Source: an uncultured Nitrospiraceae bacterium (GTDB lineage Bacteria; Nitrospirota; Nitrospiria; Nitrospirales; Nitrospiraceae). From it: DNA of 64,000 nt. Positions 40,201-50,325 of this stretch are shown piece by piece. Both the position numbers and the translations under genes were made by a program. Every line of letters starts with the position of its first letter. The first letter of the stretch is position 1. Location: contig CAVPLT010000004.1 in NCBI GenBank assembly GCA_963706325.1, positions 448,001 to 512,000 of the forward strand, read 5' to 3'. A model generated the notes under the pieces. The model was not told the DNA's origin and did no database searches. It worked only from the letters and a program-made list of their open reading frames with translations.

Positions 40201-40596
40201 ATGATGCGAATGACAACCTTGACAGGCCAACGACTGAACAAACGACCGAAGGTTGCGGTGGTCTATGAAGATGTGACGACCGGATTCCGACTGGCTGATT
40301 GGTTTGCGCGGCATGGTTATCAACCCACTTTGACATCTGCCGTTCACCATCTGGAAGGCAATCTACATGAACTCCATCCCGATGTCATCGTGGTTGGTTT
40401 TTCTTCTTCTCCCCCGTCACTCCACAGTACCGTGCCGCGTCTTAGAACGACTTGCCCGCAAGTGCCGATCATCGCCGTGGTAGATCAGCCCCTGAGCACG
40501 CTGCGGGCCGCTTCAAAAGTTGACGGGGCTAACGCGGTTGGAGGGGATGTGTTCATGTGTCACTCACTCGATTCTCCTACGCCCCGGTTTGAGTAG
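40201..40596 (+). CDS. Degenerate receiver-like domain protein
   Basis: VAVVYED, HPDVIVVG (no phospho-Asp), PQVPIIA. Confidence 0.55.
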   Translation: MMRMTTLTGQRLNKRPKVAVVYEDVTTGFRLADWFARHGYQPTLTSAVHHLEGNLHELHPDVIVVGFSSSPPSLHSTVPRLRTTCPQVPIIAVVDQPLSTLRAASKVDGANAVGGDVFMCHSLDSPTPRFE

Positions 40597-40695
40597 TTCT
40601 CCTGCAGGCATGTTCCAAACCGCTTCCAGTGACAGCGCGAAGTGGCGCGAGAGCACGATCGTGATTGACTGTCTGAAGATGAAAGGAGCCGCGTT

Positions 40696-42105
40696 GTGAC
40701 CAAGCCGAAAATATTGATTATCGAGGATGATGAGACTATTTCCGCCTCCTTGCAGTCAGCTTTGCGAGATGCATGCGAAGTGTTCGCAATGGGGCAAAGC
40801 TCAGCGACGAGCATGGGGGGACTGGAATCGGAACCCCGTGTGACACTGTTGGATTTGGAATCGCCGGCCAAACCAAATCCGGAGGACGGACTGCGTTACC
40901 TGCAAGAGTGGCGACAGTCGGGACACCGAGGAAGAGTGATCGTCTATACAAGGAGCACTGAGCGAAGCATTGCCGTTGAAGCTGTCCGCTGGGGTGCCAC
41001 AGAGGTGCTCTCGAAACCCCTGGACGTGGCGCTGCTGAGAGGAATTGTATGCCGCGCTGCGCGAATTGACGATCTCGAACACGAGGCGCGGGCAGGCATG
41101 ATGAACAGGAGCCCTGAAGAGTTCGCAGACATGTTGGGCACTAGTCAGAGCATTCATCGAATTTTTGAGGCCGTTCGAAAAGTCTCAACAAACGACGCCC
41201 CCATTTTGATCGCCGGTGAGAGTGGCACGGGCAAGGAGTTAACTGCCAAGGCGATTCATGATCGGAGTTTGCGGAAACATGCGGGATTCGTGCCGATCAA
41301 TTGCGGCGCGATTCCTGAAACCCTGTTAGAGTCTGAGCTGTTCGGATACGAGCGGGGAGCAGGCACGGGCGCGATCGGGCAAACACAGGGCAAAGTCGAA
41401 ATCGCGCAAGGGGGAACGCTGTTTCTGGATGAAGTCGGCGAGTTACCCTCTGCACTGCAGGTCAAATTGCTGCGATGTATGCAGGACCGCACGTTTGGCC
41501 GGGCTGGCGGGCATCAGCGCGTTGAAATGAATGTTCGCATCATTGCCGCTACGAATGTGAATTTACAGGACGCCATTGCGAAGGGCACGTTCCTCGAGGA
41601 TCTGTATTACCGGCTCGCCGCCGTGCAAATAAATTTGCCTCCGCTGCGGGAACGTGGGGAAGATGTGCTACTCATAGCTACGGCGTTTCTGCGTCAGGCT
41701 GCGACCCATTATGGGAAGCCCATTCGCGGTTTTAATAGCGAAGCGCGGGAAGCCATGCGAGCCTATGCCTGGCCGGGGAATGTACGCGAATTGAGAAACA
41801 GGGTCGGTCGTGCTGTGGTCCTGGCGGAGGGTACGTATGTCGGACCGGTCGATTTGGACATTCCCCACGCTCCGCAGCCTGAGGAGACATCGATTTCTTT
41901 TAAATTCAATCAGCAGCGGATCGAGACCGACCTAATCACGAAGGCATTCACGCTGTCACAGGGCAACTTGAGTCGTGCTGCGCATGAGTTGGGTATCAGC
42001 CGTTCGACACTCTATCGTCGCCTCCGTCAGTACGGCATGGACCGCGCTTTAGACACGCGGCGAGCGCTCAGCGCCTCTTCGCGGGCGTGGCTGTCAGAGC
42101 ATTGA
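40696..42105 (+). CDS. NtrC-family (REC-AAA+-Fis HTH) regulator
   Basis: GESGTGKEL, LFLDEV, DLYYRL, WPGNVREL, LGISRSTLYR; GAFTGA replaced by GAGTGA. Confidence 0.92.
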   Translation: MTKPKILIIEDDETISASLQSALRDACEVFAMGQSSATSMGGLESEPRVTLLDLESPAKPNPEDGLRYLQEWRQSGHRGRVIVYTRSTERSIAVEAVRWGATEVLSKPLDVALLRGIVCRAARIDDLEHEARAGMMNRSPEEFADMLGTSQSIHRIFEAVRKVSTNDAPILIAGESGTGKELTAKAIHDRSLRKHAGFVPINCGAIPETLLESELFGYERGAGTGAIGQTQGKVEIAQGGTLFLDEVGELPSALQVKLLRCMQDRTFGRAGGHQRVEMNVRIIAATNVNLQDAIAKGTFLEDLYYRLAAVQINLPPLRERGEDVLLIATAFLRQAATHYGKPIRGFNSEAREAMRAYAWPGNVRELRNRVGRAVVLAEGTYVGPVDLDIPHAPQPEETSISFKFNQQRIETDLITKAFTLSQGNLSRAAHELGISRSTLYRRLRQYGMDRALDTRRALSASSRAWLSEH

Positions 42106-42438
42106 TGGGGTCGCCACTACCTTGGAAAACACGTCTCTCGGCGCGGCCTATGAATAGTTTCGTCTCTCAGGCTGCGTCAGGTCCTAAGTGGATGTTCGCA
42201 AAAACGTTGACCGGCTCACCTCTATTTGTTAAGTACTAGACTCTCAACGACAAAGTTCATTCGGTCGTTCCAAGGGGTTGTGAAGACCATCGCGTGATGG
42301 ATAGGCCTTGGGACGCATTTCCTCTTTTGAATCTACCGTCCAACGGACGATCTATGACCAGCTTTTTGATGCTCCATATGGTGGGAGAGAGGCTTGCGAA
42401 TAGTCGGAAGGGCTCAATTGGCAAGCAGGAGCGAATGA

Positions 42439-43005
42439 ATGGCTCCTGATGCGCCCTTTCTCTGGACTCGACGAGGCCTCTTGAGCACCACGGCGGTGGG
42501 GATGGCTTGGGCGGCAGTCCGCCTGGCCATCCCGTCCGAAACCTGGGCGGCACGACTTCCAGAAGGGCGTGTGAGCATCTACAATCTTCAGACGGATGAA
42601 CGGTTGTCCGTCATTTACCGGACGGATAGCGGAGCCTACGACCAGGGGGCGCTCAATGAGCTGAATTACCTGCTACGCTGTCATCACACCAATGAGTCGA
42701 CAATGATGGATGTGCGGCTCATCGAATTCATTAACCTCGTTCAAAAACGAATCGGGGGTCGTCGGGACGTGTATGTCGTGTCGGGTTATCGTTCTCCGGA
42801 ATATAACGACCAGTTGATCAGGATGGGTACGCGTGCGGCCCGCAACAGCTATCATGTGTTGGGGCAAGCGGTGGATGTGCAGATGCACGGTGTGCCGTTG
42901 CGTACCCTTCGAGAAGTGGCGTTACGATTGGGATGTGGCGGCGTTGGGTATTATCCACGGGGCAAGTTCGTGCACCTCGACTCCGGACCGTTTCGCCATT
43001 GGTAA
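42439..43005 (+). CDS. YcbK/MepK (DUF882) peptidase M15 with Tat signal
   Basis: TRRGLL; SGYRS, SYH..G.A.D, GGVGYY, FVHLD.G..R.W. Confidence 0.92.
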   Translation: MAPDAPFLWTRRGLLSTTAVGMAWAAVRLAIPSETWAARLPEGRVSIYNLQTDERLSVIYRTDSGAYDQGALNELNYLLRCHHTNESTMMDVRLIEFINLVQKRIGGRRDVYVVSGYRSPEYNDQLIRMGTRAARNSYHVLGQAVDVQMHGVPLRTLREVALRLGCGGVGYYPRGKFVHLDSGPFRHW

Positions 43006-43159
43006 GTGGTCGCTCTTTTGCTCTCGTGGTAGATTGACTCACCAACTGCGGGCGGAATTTCTTCCTCAAATTTCAATGACCCCAACCCCCTCTCGTGATA
43101 GGCTGATCTCGCAGGAAAAGTAGCGCGAGCGCTCTGGGCCTCTGATCAAGGAGTGAAGC

Positions 43160-43636
43160 ATGCTGGTGTCACGTGGAGATGTCGTCTCAGTCGAGTATAC
43201 AATTCGCCTGGCGGACGAGCACGTCATCGAGACAACCAACGGTGATGCACCGTTGATTTACACTCATGGGCAGAACGAAATTTTACGAGGATTGGAAGCA
43301 GGGCTGGATCAGATGGAGCTGGGAGCGTCCAAGATGGTGATAGTTCAGCCTGCCGATGGCTATGGGGACATACATCCTGAGGGATTCTTCGAGGTGCAGA
43401 GGAATCGGGTCCCGGTGGAGGCTCAAAAAATCGGCACAAAACTGGAAGCGACGGCGCCTGATGGAAGGACGGTGTTTCCATACGTGGCGGAGATCAAGTC
43501 GGACGTCGTCGTCCTTGACCTTAATCACCCACTTGCGGGACAGACGCTGCAATTTGAAGTGAGAGTGGTAGATATCCAGCGGGGCGAGCATCAGCTTGTC
43601 ACGGGATCGCCCGCCGGGCGACGCGAAGTGCGTTAA
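43160..43636 (+). CDS. slyD: FKBP-type PPIase (SlyD-like, no His-rich tail)
   Basis: VSVEY, P.DGYG, LDLNHPLAGQTLQFEV. Confidence 0.88.
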   Translation: MLVSRGDVVSVEYTIRLADEHVIETTNGDAPLIYTHGQNEILRGLEAGLDQMELGASKMVIVQPADGYGDIHPEGFFEVQRNRVPVEAQKIGTKLEATAPDGRTVFPYVAEIKSDVVVLDLNHPLAGQTLQFEVRVVDIQRGEHQLVTGSPAGRREVR

Positions 43637-44088
43637 CCGACCAGGTCGGGGTTCATTCGGGCCATGGATTGGACCGATGTGGCCTTGATTTCGTTGTAGA
43701 CGATGGCACGGCCGGCCTGTCGAAGTCGGCTGAATACCCCTTCCACCACCACATAGTCACCTTCCCGAACGTCGGCCTTTCCAAGCCCCACAACTTTTAG
43801 CGTTCCGGCACTGTCCTGCAAGAGGAAGCCAAATGCGGGGTGGCCGTCGCGATTTGTTGCAAGTTGAAAACTGGTTACGCGTCCGCTGACGGTCACTGCC
43901 TGGTGGTCATAGTGGTCAGGATGGGCCAGTAGTTCAGTGACTTCCACAATCGCGGAGGCTGAGAGCGAGAGGGCAGGCACCATCCATCCTAGAAGGGCCA
44001 GTATCCCGAGCATAAGTGTGATGCGAGTGACTCTTGTTCGAATACCGGACCCGCTTGCTAGTTGAACCATAGTAGATGAATTATACAA
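43633..44088 (-). CDS. Exported OB-fold protein
   Basis: TM/signal; LLAHPDHY....VTVSG.V; FLLQDSAG; EGDYVVVEG; start uncertain. Confidence 0.7.
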   Translation of the reverse strand: MYNSSTMVQLASGSGIRTRVTRITLMLGILALLGWMVPALSLSASAIVEVTELLAHPDHYDHQAVTVSGRVTSFQLATNRDGHPAFGFLLQDSAGTLKVVGLGKADVREGDYVVVEGVFSRLRQAGRAIVYNEIKATSVQSMARMNPDLVG

Positions 44089-44206
44089 AATTCACTCCGG
44101 GCTTAGAAGCCAGTCAAAAAATAATTAGAACATCAGGATGGGCTTCGGGCGTCCATCCGCGTTCTCCGTTGATCATCCCCGTTGCGGCCCGAGACACGAA
44201 GCCTCT

Positions 44207-45376
44207 TCAGCGTCGAAGATCGTCGTGCAGTTCCCCCATGAAACTCGTCAACACGTGCTGTTTCATTTGACCGATTTCTTCTTCTGTCGGCTGACCGGCT
44301 TCGTCGGTCAGGGCTACGGTATCTTTGGCGACCGGTGCGGTGCGCGTTAGGAGCTCTTCCTCGAGCGCTTCGGGACGGAGGTCGATCTCAGACAACGTTG
44401 CCATAAGTCGCTGTAGGCCGAAGAGAGAGCGAGTATTTTCAGAATGGACGGCATTGGAACTCGCACCATGGACGAGTGACAGCCAGAATTTGGCTTCCAG
44501 GTCTTCCCCCAACGTTCCCCACACAAATAACCGCAATTTTTCCACCAAGGCGTCTTCGGTGCGCTCTAAGCCGTCATAGAGCGCAATGGACCGCTCTACT
44601 GGTCTTTCTCCAAGGACGGCCAGCGTTTCCTTCCAGAGGTCGAGCGTGACGGAGACCGGAAGATCCTTAATCGGAGAACGTTGCAGATTATTTTGGATGG
44701 TTTGGAGATAGTAATGGAGATGTTTCACCTTCCGACCGGCAAGACTTCCGGCCGGAATACCCCAGATGTGACCAATTTCGTGATCTTGCATGGGAGTCGC
44801 GTTAATGGATTTCCACTCGCGCTCTGAAAGTTCAAACCGTTTCCGATATTTGTCTAAGAGACGCAATTGCGTCTGTATTTCGAGTCCCAGTCTAGCTTCC
44901 TGGTAGGCCTCGGCAGAAATGTCGTTCTCATCCCAACGGCGGTCCAACAGCCGGATCGCCGGTTTGGGGACGGCGGCACGTGCCTGCTGTTTAATGACCA
45001 CGATGGCGTCCGGTGCGATCTTGAAGCGAGTCTGCAGGAGATCCGTCGCGGCGCGAACCATCCCCTCTGCGAGCGCGATCATCCCTTTCATGCCTTCCAT
45101 TTGAAGCCAGAGACGCTCTCGTCGCAGCCGAACCCGGCGCCGGTACTCGTCTCGGCGGCTCGTCACATCCCGCAAGGCATCTTGTTTGACAACTTGGTGG
45201 AGAGGCTTGCTGCCGGCCACGCAGCGCGGGTCTGGGCGGTCTGCTGCAATGTGGTTGATTTCTTCCGACGTGATATCAAAATGCTGAAGCAAGAGGAGCT
45301 TGAGCATGATACGAGCTTGGATCGGGGATTGTTCAATCGTGGAGGCGATGAGTTCTGAGGTCAGCAAAGCGGACAT
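44207..45376 (-). CDS. Hypothetical helical protein with possible HTH
   Basis: Long ORF; GAGGGG RBS before MSALL. Confidence 0.75.
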   Translation of the reverse strand: MSALLTSELIASTIEQSPIQARIMLKLLLLQHFDITSEEINHIAADRPDPRCVAGSKPLHQVVKQDALRDVTSRRDEYRRRVRLRRERLWLQMEGMKGMIALAEGMVRAATDLLQTRFKIAPDAIVVIKQQARAAVPKPAIRLLDRRWDENDISAEAYQEARLGLEIQTQLRLLDKYRKRFELSEREWKSINATPMQDHEIGHIWGIPAGSLAGRKVKHLHYYLQTIQNNLQRSPIKDLPVSVTLDLWKETLAVLGERPVERSIALYDGLERTEDALVEKLRLFVWGTLGEDLEAKFWLSLVHGASSNAVHSENTRSLFGLQRLMATLSEIDLRPEALEEELLTRTAPVAKDTVALTDEAGQPTEEEIGQMKQHVLTSFMGELHDDLRR

Positions 45377-45410
45377 GGTGTGGCCCCTCGTGCGACGTAA
45401 AAAGGTTCGC

Positions 45411-45623
45411 TTACGCCGTACCCTGATGGCTGGTTTCAAGGTAGACCGCGACGTATTCTCGGATTTGCTGGATGCTGCCGCTGATGAACATCTCGCGAGG
45501 AATCTCGACGCGAACCAATTTGGCAGGGTCGACGCCTCGATCGATGGCGTACTCCTCATCGATATACAGGGTTACGGAACCATCAGGAAAACGAATGGCA
45601 TAAACCGCATTGTTCTCAGCCAT
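45411..45623 (-). CDS. Small hypothetical protein
   Basis: GGAG RBS; MAENNAVYAIRFPDG...; co-oriented with the next gene. Confidence 0.7.
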   Translation of the reverse strand: MAENNAVYAIRFPDGSVTLYIDEEYAIDRGVDPAKLVRVEIPREMFISGSIQQIREYVAVYLETSHQGTA

Positions 45624-45839
45624 AGGAGCTGCTCCGTCTGTGTTGTTGAGCACTGCAGATACTAGAGGTAACACAGGCTCGGCCCGGCTGTCAAAATGAG
45701 TGGCCTGCTGCCAAACGCTGGTCCTCTCAGGCAGAAAACCTGGGTCTGGGGGCACAATTGACTTAGCGCGAATGCCAATAAAAGGGCCGAGAGGGGGGCG
45801 TAATGTATTGGACGACAGCCTGATTCGGCCTACAAAACA

Positions 45840-45873
45840 GCATGGTCTTCGGTCACTCGACCGAAGACCATGC
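45840..45873. terminator. Strong hairpin after chdC
   Basis: GCATGGTCTTCGGTC-ACTC-GACCGAAGACCATGC, perfect 15-bp stem. Confidence 0.75.
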
Positions 45874-45894
45874 ATATAGACGCCGGGAATCGCT

Positions 45895-46602
45895 TTAGCC
45901 ACCCAACGTGTCGAGTGTTTCCTTCAGGCTTTTGCGAATGCAGGTAAAAATTGGCGTATCGCGCAAAGTATAACGGCTGCCCTCGGTTTCCCTCAACGCC
46001 ATGACAAGATCCAAGAAGTCTTCGGGCTTATCACTTTCGAACGCCACGACCCATTCCTGGTCGTCCAGACCGAAGGAATAGGTGGTATTGAGCTTGACCG
46101 ACGGGAAGCGATGGCCGACCTCAATGTGTTCATCCATCATGCCCTGCCGCGCGGCTTTGGTGAGCAGGAACCATTCTCGCGTTTTCACGAATGGGTACAC
46201 GAAGATGTACTTGGCCTTGCCCGGAACGACGGTCAGCCGCTTGCTTTCCTGGTTTTCGTGGGTGTGATGGTCGACGTAAATGGAGCGTTTGGTGATGGCC
46301 AAGTATGAATAGGGATTTAGAATATACTTGCCCAATCCAGAAGCCATGATTTTGGTGCTCATTTCCTGGAACAGTTCAAGTTCATAGCTGATACGCCACA
46401 GCATCAGGTCGCAGTCACCTCGGATGCCGACCGTCGTATAGGCGATGACGAGAACTTTGCCCTGGTACTCTTCCACGGCGCGAAGAAACTCTTGTTTGCC
46501 GCGTGTGCGCTCGTCTTCTGGGAGCCGTCGCCAAGCTGGATCGATCTTATAAAAAGTAAAATTGACGTATTGGCGGCGAGGTGGTTGTTCGGGGCTGGAC
46601 AT
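45895..46602 (-). CDS. chdC: Chlorite dismutase-family protein, probably coproheme decarboxylase
   Basis: WRRLP..ER, YPFVK..EWFLL, MM.EH..VG, SFGLDDQEW, LRETE...YT. Confidence 0.8.
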   Translation of the reverse strand: MSSPEQPPRRQYVNFTFYKIDPAWRRLPEDERTRGKQEFLRAVEEYQGKVLVIAYTTVGIRGDCDLMLWRISYELELFQEMSTKIMASGLGKYILNPYSYLAITKRSIYVDHHTHENQESKRLTVVPGKAKYIFVYPFVKTREWFLLTKAARQGMMDEHIEVGHRFPSVKLNTTYSFGLDDQEWVVAFESDKPEDFLDLVMALRETEGSRYTLRDTPIFTCIRKSLKETLDTLGG

Positions 46603-46758
46603 GACGAACCCTCCAGGCAAGTTCTTGATAATGTAAAAGAATAAGCGTCAGTGTGTTTAGCATTTCATCTCGCAGGCTGTCAACAGAGGCAGCGTTGTGC
46701 GAGAGTCATCGGGGGGTCAATTGACAGGGGAAAATCGATCTGGTACTGCCTGTTTCGT

Positions 46759-47373
46759 ATGAGCGGCCTTCAAAGATTGCCTGCCGGATCCTATTTCATA
46801 CCCAGCCTCTTGGTGCTGGCGAGCTGGATGGTTGCAGTGCCGGCGAGCGGCATCGAGATCCATCCCACGACTGACCACATCCAGAGTACCGTCGAACGGG
46901 GAAAGGAAGCGGCGCGCGAACGCCTCTCTCCCGACCAACTTCATACCTCGTTCGGTTCTTTCGAAGGCCTTGCGCCGCGCGGGTTCATCATGACGAAGTT
47001 GGGGAGTCTTCTGATCATGGCCAACCATCTGGCCTTGCGGGATCTGTCACCGACCGAGCAAGACATTGCTCAGGTCTTGGCGAATGACCTGCTCCTGGTG
47101 AATGTGGTGATCTTCGGCGACCGGGTGAACTTTGCTGCTGATAGTTACGTAGTGATGGAACAAGCTGGTCGAACGATCAAACCGACCTCCGTGCGGTTCG
47201 ACGCGCGAGGCGATCGCACGGCGGTCTGGCCGCAACAGCCGGCCTATCGCGCCAAAGTGATCGCGCAGTTTCCCTATGCGGACCTTGACCTGCGAGCACC
47301 GACCACCCTGATGGTCTTTCCTTCCGGCGGCGGACAAGTCACCTTCGATCTTGATTTCTCTAAAATTGAATAA
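46759..47373 (+). CDS. Hypothetical exported protein
   Basis: Signal peptide; TTGACA at 46721. Confidence 0.7.
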   Translation: MSGLQRLPAGSYFIPSLLVLASWMVAVPASGIEIHPTTDHIQSTVERGKEAARERLSPDQLHTSFGSFEGLAPRGFIMTKLGSLLIMANHLALRDLSPTEQDIAQVLANDLLLVNVVIFGDRVNFAADSYVVMEQAGRTIKPTSVRFDARGDRTAVWPQQPAYRAKVIAQFPYADLDLRAPTTLMVFPSGGGQVTFDLDFSKIE

Positions 47374-47424
47374 CTGCACCTGCTGGCCCCACGGTCTTCA
47401 CTACTATCGCAAGGCTTCGACTTC

Positions 47425-48714
47425 ATGAATAAACCGAGAACCTGGACGGCTGAAACCATCGCTATCGGTTCGGAACTGTTGCTCGGGGGCCGCCTCGACA
47501 CCAACTCGCTGTTTATTGCCGATCAGCTGTCCGCCTGTGGCATCGAACTGCGGTACAAGACGACGGTCGGTGACGACCTACCCGACATCGTAGCCGCATT
47601 GACGACAGCGGTGCGGCGCTCACGCGTGGTGATGATCACGGGTGGGCTCGGTCCCACGGTCGATGACCTCACGCGAGACGCCGTGGCGCGCGCGACCGAC
47701 CGCCGGCTGGTTCGCCGCAAGATTGCATTGGAAGAGATGACTGCCCGCCTGGCCGAATGGGGGCGCAGGCCGACGACCTCGCAGTTTCGGCAGGCCATGA
47801 TTCCAGCAGGTGCGAATGTGCTCTCCAATCGGGTAGGCACAGCGCCGGGCTTTTCATTCGCCTGGAAGGGAACGTTTCTCGCGGCTTTGCCCGGTGTCCC
47901 GCGTGAGATGGAACCGATGTTAAGAGAGGGAGTCTTGCCGAAGCTGCAGGAGTGGTTGTGCAATCAGAAGGCCGTGAGTGTGGCGCCTATGGTCCGACGA
48001 ATGCTCCACACGTCAGGTGTGTCGGAGTCGGTGGTGGATCAGTCGCTGGCTGGTCTCATTCCAAAAGGCAGTCCCATTCAACTCGGTATCTATGCTTCGC
48101 CCATGGAAATCATGGTGTCGCTGACGGGACCGGCGGCAATGCAACGGCAGGGAGGCATGAGTATTGATGCGTTATGTGCTGAGGCGCGCGATCGCCTTCG
48201 TGACATACTCTATGGGGAGGATGGTGACACCATGGAATCGGTGGTCGGCCGATTGCTTGGCGAGCGACAACTGACCGTCGCCGTCGCCGAATCCTGTACG
48301 GGCGGGTTGATCGGCCATCGGCTCACGCAAGTGTCCGGCTCATCGGCCTACCTGGACCGAGTCGCCGTGACGTACAGCAATCGCGCGAAGGTCGACATGC
48401 TGGGTGTGCCAACGGATCTGATCGACCGGCATGGAGCCGTCAGCGCGGAAGTGGCTGCAGCCATGGCCAGAGGAGTTCGTGAACGGAGTGGCGCGTCGGT
48501 TGGGTTGAGCGTGACCGGCATCGCCGGCCCGGGCGGCGCCACTAAGACAAAACCGGTGGGCCTGGTCTATGTGGGCCTGGACGGCGGACCGAACGACTCG
48601 CTCACCAAGGAGTTCCGTTTTCACGGCGGCGACCGTAGCGTAATCAAAATGCGATCTTCGCAAGCGGCCCTCGATGTGTTGCGTCGATGGTTGGTGAAAA
48701 AGGACCGCGGATGA
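47425..48714 (+). CDS. cinA: CinA (MoCF domain + PncC NMN deamidase)
   Basis: GSELL.G...DTN, GGLGPT.DD.TR, LPGVP.EM, AESCTGG, TGIAGPGG. Confidence 0.95.
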   Translation: MNKPRTWTAETIAIGSELLLGGRLDTNSLFIADQLSACGIELRYKTTVGDDLPDIVAALTTAVRRSRVVMITGGLGPTVDDLTRDAVARATDRRLVRRKIALEEMTARLAEWGRRPTTSQFRQAMIPAGANVLSNRVGTAPGFSFAWKGTFLAALPGVPREMEPMLREGVLPKLQEWLCNQKAVSVAPMVRRMLHTSGVSESVVDQSLAGLIPKGSPIQLGIYASPMEIMVSLTGPAAMQRQGGMSIDALCAEARDRLRDILYGEDGDTMESVVGRLLGERQLTVAVAESCTGGLIGHRLTQVSGSSAYLDRVAVTYSNRAKVDMLGVPTDLIDRHGAVSAEVAAAMARGVRERSGASVGLSVTGIAGPGGATKTKPVGLVYVGLDGGPNDSLTKEFRFHGGDRSVIKMRSSQAALDVLRRWLVKKDRG

Positions 48715-49322
48715 TCAGGGCGTTTCTTGCCGTCGAGATGCCTCGGGACATCCGCTCGGCGTTGGTCAGCCTCCAGCAGGATGTGAAGCGACAACTTGAA
48801 CGAACGGCCGGTGGCCAGGTGAGGATCAGCTGGGTCCGACCGGCTTCCATGCATCTCACGCTGAGATTTCTGGGCGATATGCCGGACGCATCAATCGACC
48901 CGCTGCAAGTCGCCATCCAACAGGCTGTATCAGTGCACCAGCCCATTCACCTTCCACTCGAACGGCTAGGAGTGTTTCCGAGCTCACCACAACCACGCGT
49001 GCTTTGGGCGGGACCTTCCGAGAGTTGGGAGCAGGGTCCTGATGCGCAGAGATTGAGGGCGCTACATCGAACGGTCGAGGACTGCTGTCAGGCGGCTGAT
49101 TTTGCACCCGACTGTCGCCCATTCAGTCCCCACCTCACTCTCGCAAGGATCAAGGAAGGGGAGCGACAGGTCGGGCTAGCCCTCGCGCAAAGCGGTGTGA
49201 TGGACGAAGCGATGGTGATTGGTACGCTCCCCATCGAGACGATCGTCCTAATGCAAAGCGAGCTGCGTGCGTCAGGATCGGTCTATACGAAGCTCTGGGA
49301 GGCGGCAATTCACGAAACATAG
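48711..49322 (+). CDS. thpR: RNA 2',3'-cyclic phosphodiesterase
   Basis: RAFLAV; two HLT motifs. Confidence 0.92.
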   Translation: MIRAFLAVEMPRDIRSALVSLQQDVKRQLERTAGGQVRISWVRPASMHLTLRFLGDMPDASIDPLQVAIQQAVSVHQPIHLPLERLGVFPSSPQPRVLWAGPSESWEQGPDAQRLRALHRTVEDCCQAADFAPDCRPFSPHLTLARIKEGERQVGLALAQSGVMDEAMVIGTLPIETIVLMQSELRASGSVYTKLWEAAIHET

Positions 49323-49600
49323 TCCCAGCGGCCTTTTTACTGTCCAACCGTCATGGGCTGACATGCCTGAAAGGAAGAGGTATACGCTCCATCGTGCACG
49401 GCGGTTAGGCGACTCGCACAACGGGGCAATGAATCAGCGGGGAAACGGACGCGCGGGGAAAGTCGATGGAATGCTGGCAGATCAATGGTTATGCGAATCC
49501 ATTCCGAGGCTCAGCACCAGAAAGGTCTTCGCGATGATAAGTCGCACGAGAAAACTCCGTCCCTCACGCGCTAGATGAGACGGTCTCTTCATGACTCGCT

Positions 49601-49852
49601 TTACTGCCCAACGATACATTCTTCGGCACTCTCGCAATCAACGTCTTGAGAGGTCTGTTGCTTGCCCATGGACGATCGAATTCCGGCGTAGACATTCGCT
49701 GCGGACACAGACCAGGCGGGGTTGAAGGGATCACCCCGAAATGCGGCTTCGGCGGCTTTCTTTTCATCATGGGTGAGAGCGCGTCTCTCGTCTGCGTTCT
49801 TCGATTCTGCTATATCGGGTGCGAATTCATCTGCCAGCCTATCTTGTTGCAT
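49601..49852 (-). CDS. Small hypothetical protein
   Basis: GGAGG RBS; LTHDEKKAAEAAFRG.PFNP.WS. Confidence 0.6.
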   Translation of the reverse strand: MQQDRLADEFAPDIAESKNADERRALTHDEKKAAEAAFRGDPFNPAWSVSAANVYAGIRSSMGKQQTSQDVDCESAEECIVGQ

Positions 49853-50325
49853 GAGGCCCTCCACCGCGCTTAATCGAAAGTTTGCCTATGGGACTAAGGA
49901 GCTAGGCTCCAATCAATGCCGATCAATGTCGACAATGGATCTTAGGCGGCCTCGACCGGCAGACCGCTCCTACTGGTAGATTTTCACATGACTCCGCTTC
50001 GCGCCTCCCTCGCGATACCCCTAGGGATGAAACTCTTTTACCCTGGCAAGTCCGTGCCACTTCTGCGCGATGCGGGTGGGCATGGCGGCTTATATCAGAT
50101 GGAAATTTGCTCGCGACAGGCTCGATCCATTCGCTGGCTCTTGCGCCACCCTGTCGGACTAGGTTTATCACTTCCGACTCCGGTATAATCCACAGTTCAG
50201 ACCGTTTTTAGTCTGGGCTCGCGCCTCAGTTCATGCTCGGTCAACTCACGGCCGGCTGGTGCGTTGTCTCTCGCAGTTCGCGGTGAGAGACCCTTCACGA
50301 GGCATGCATCTATAAGGAGTGTGGA

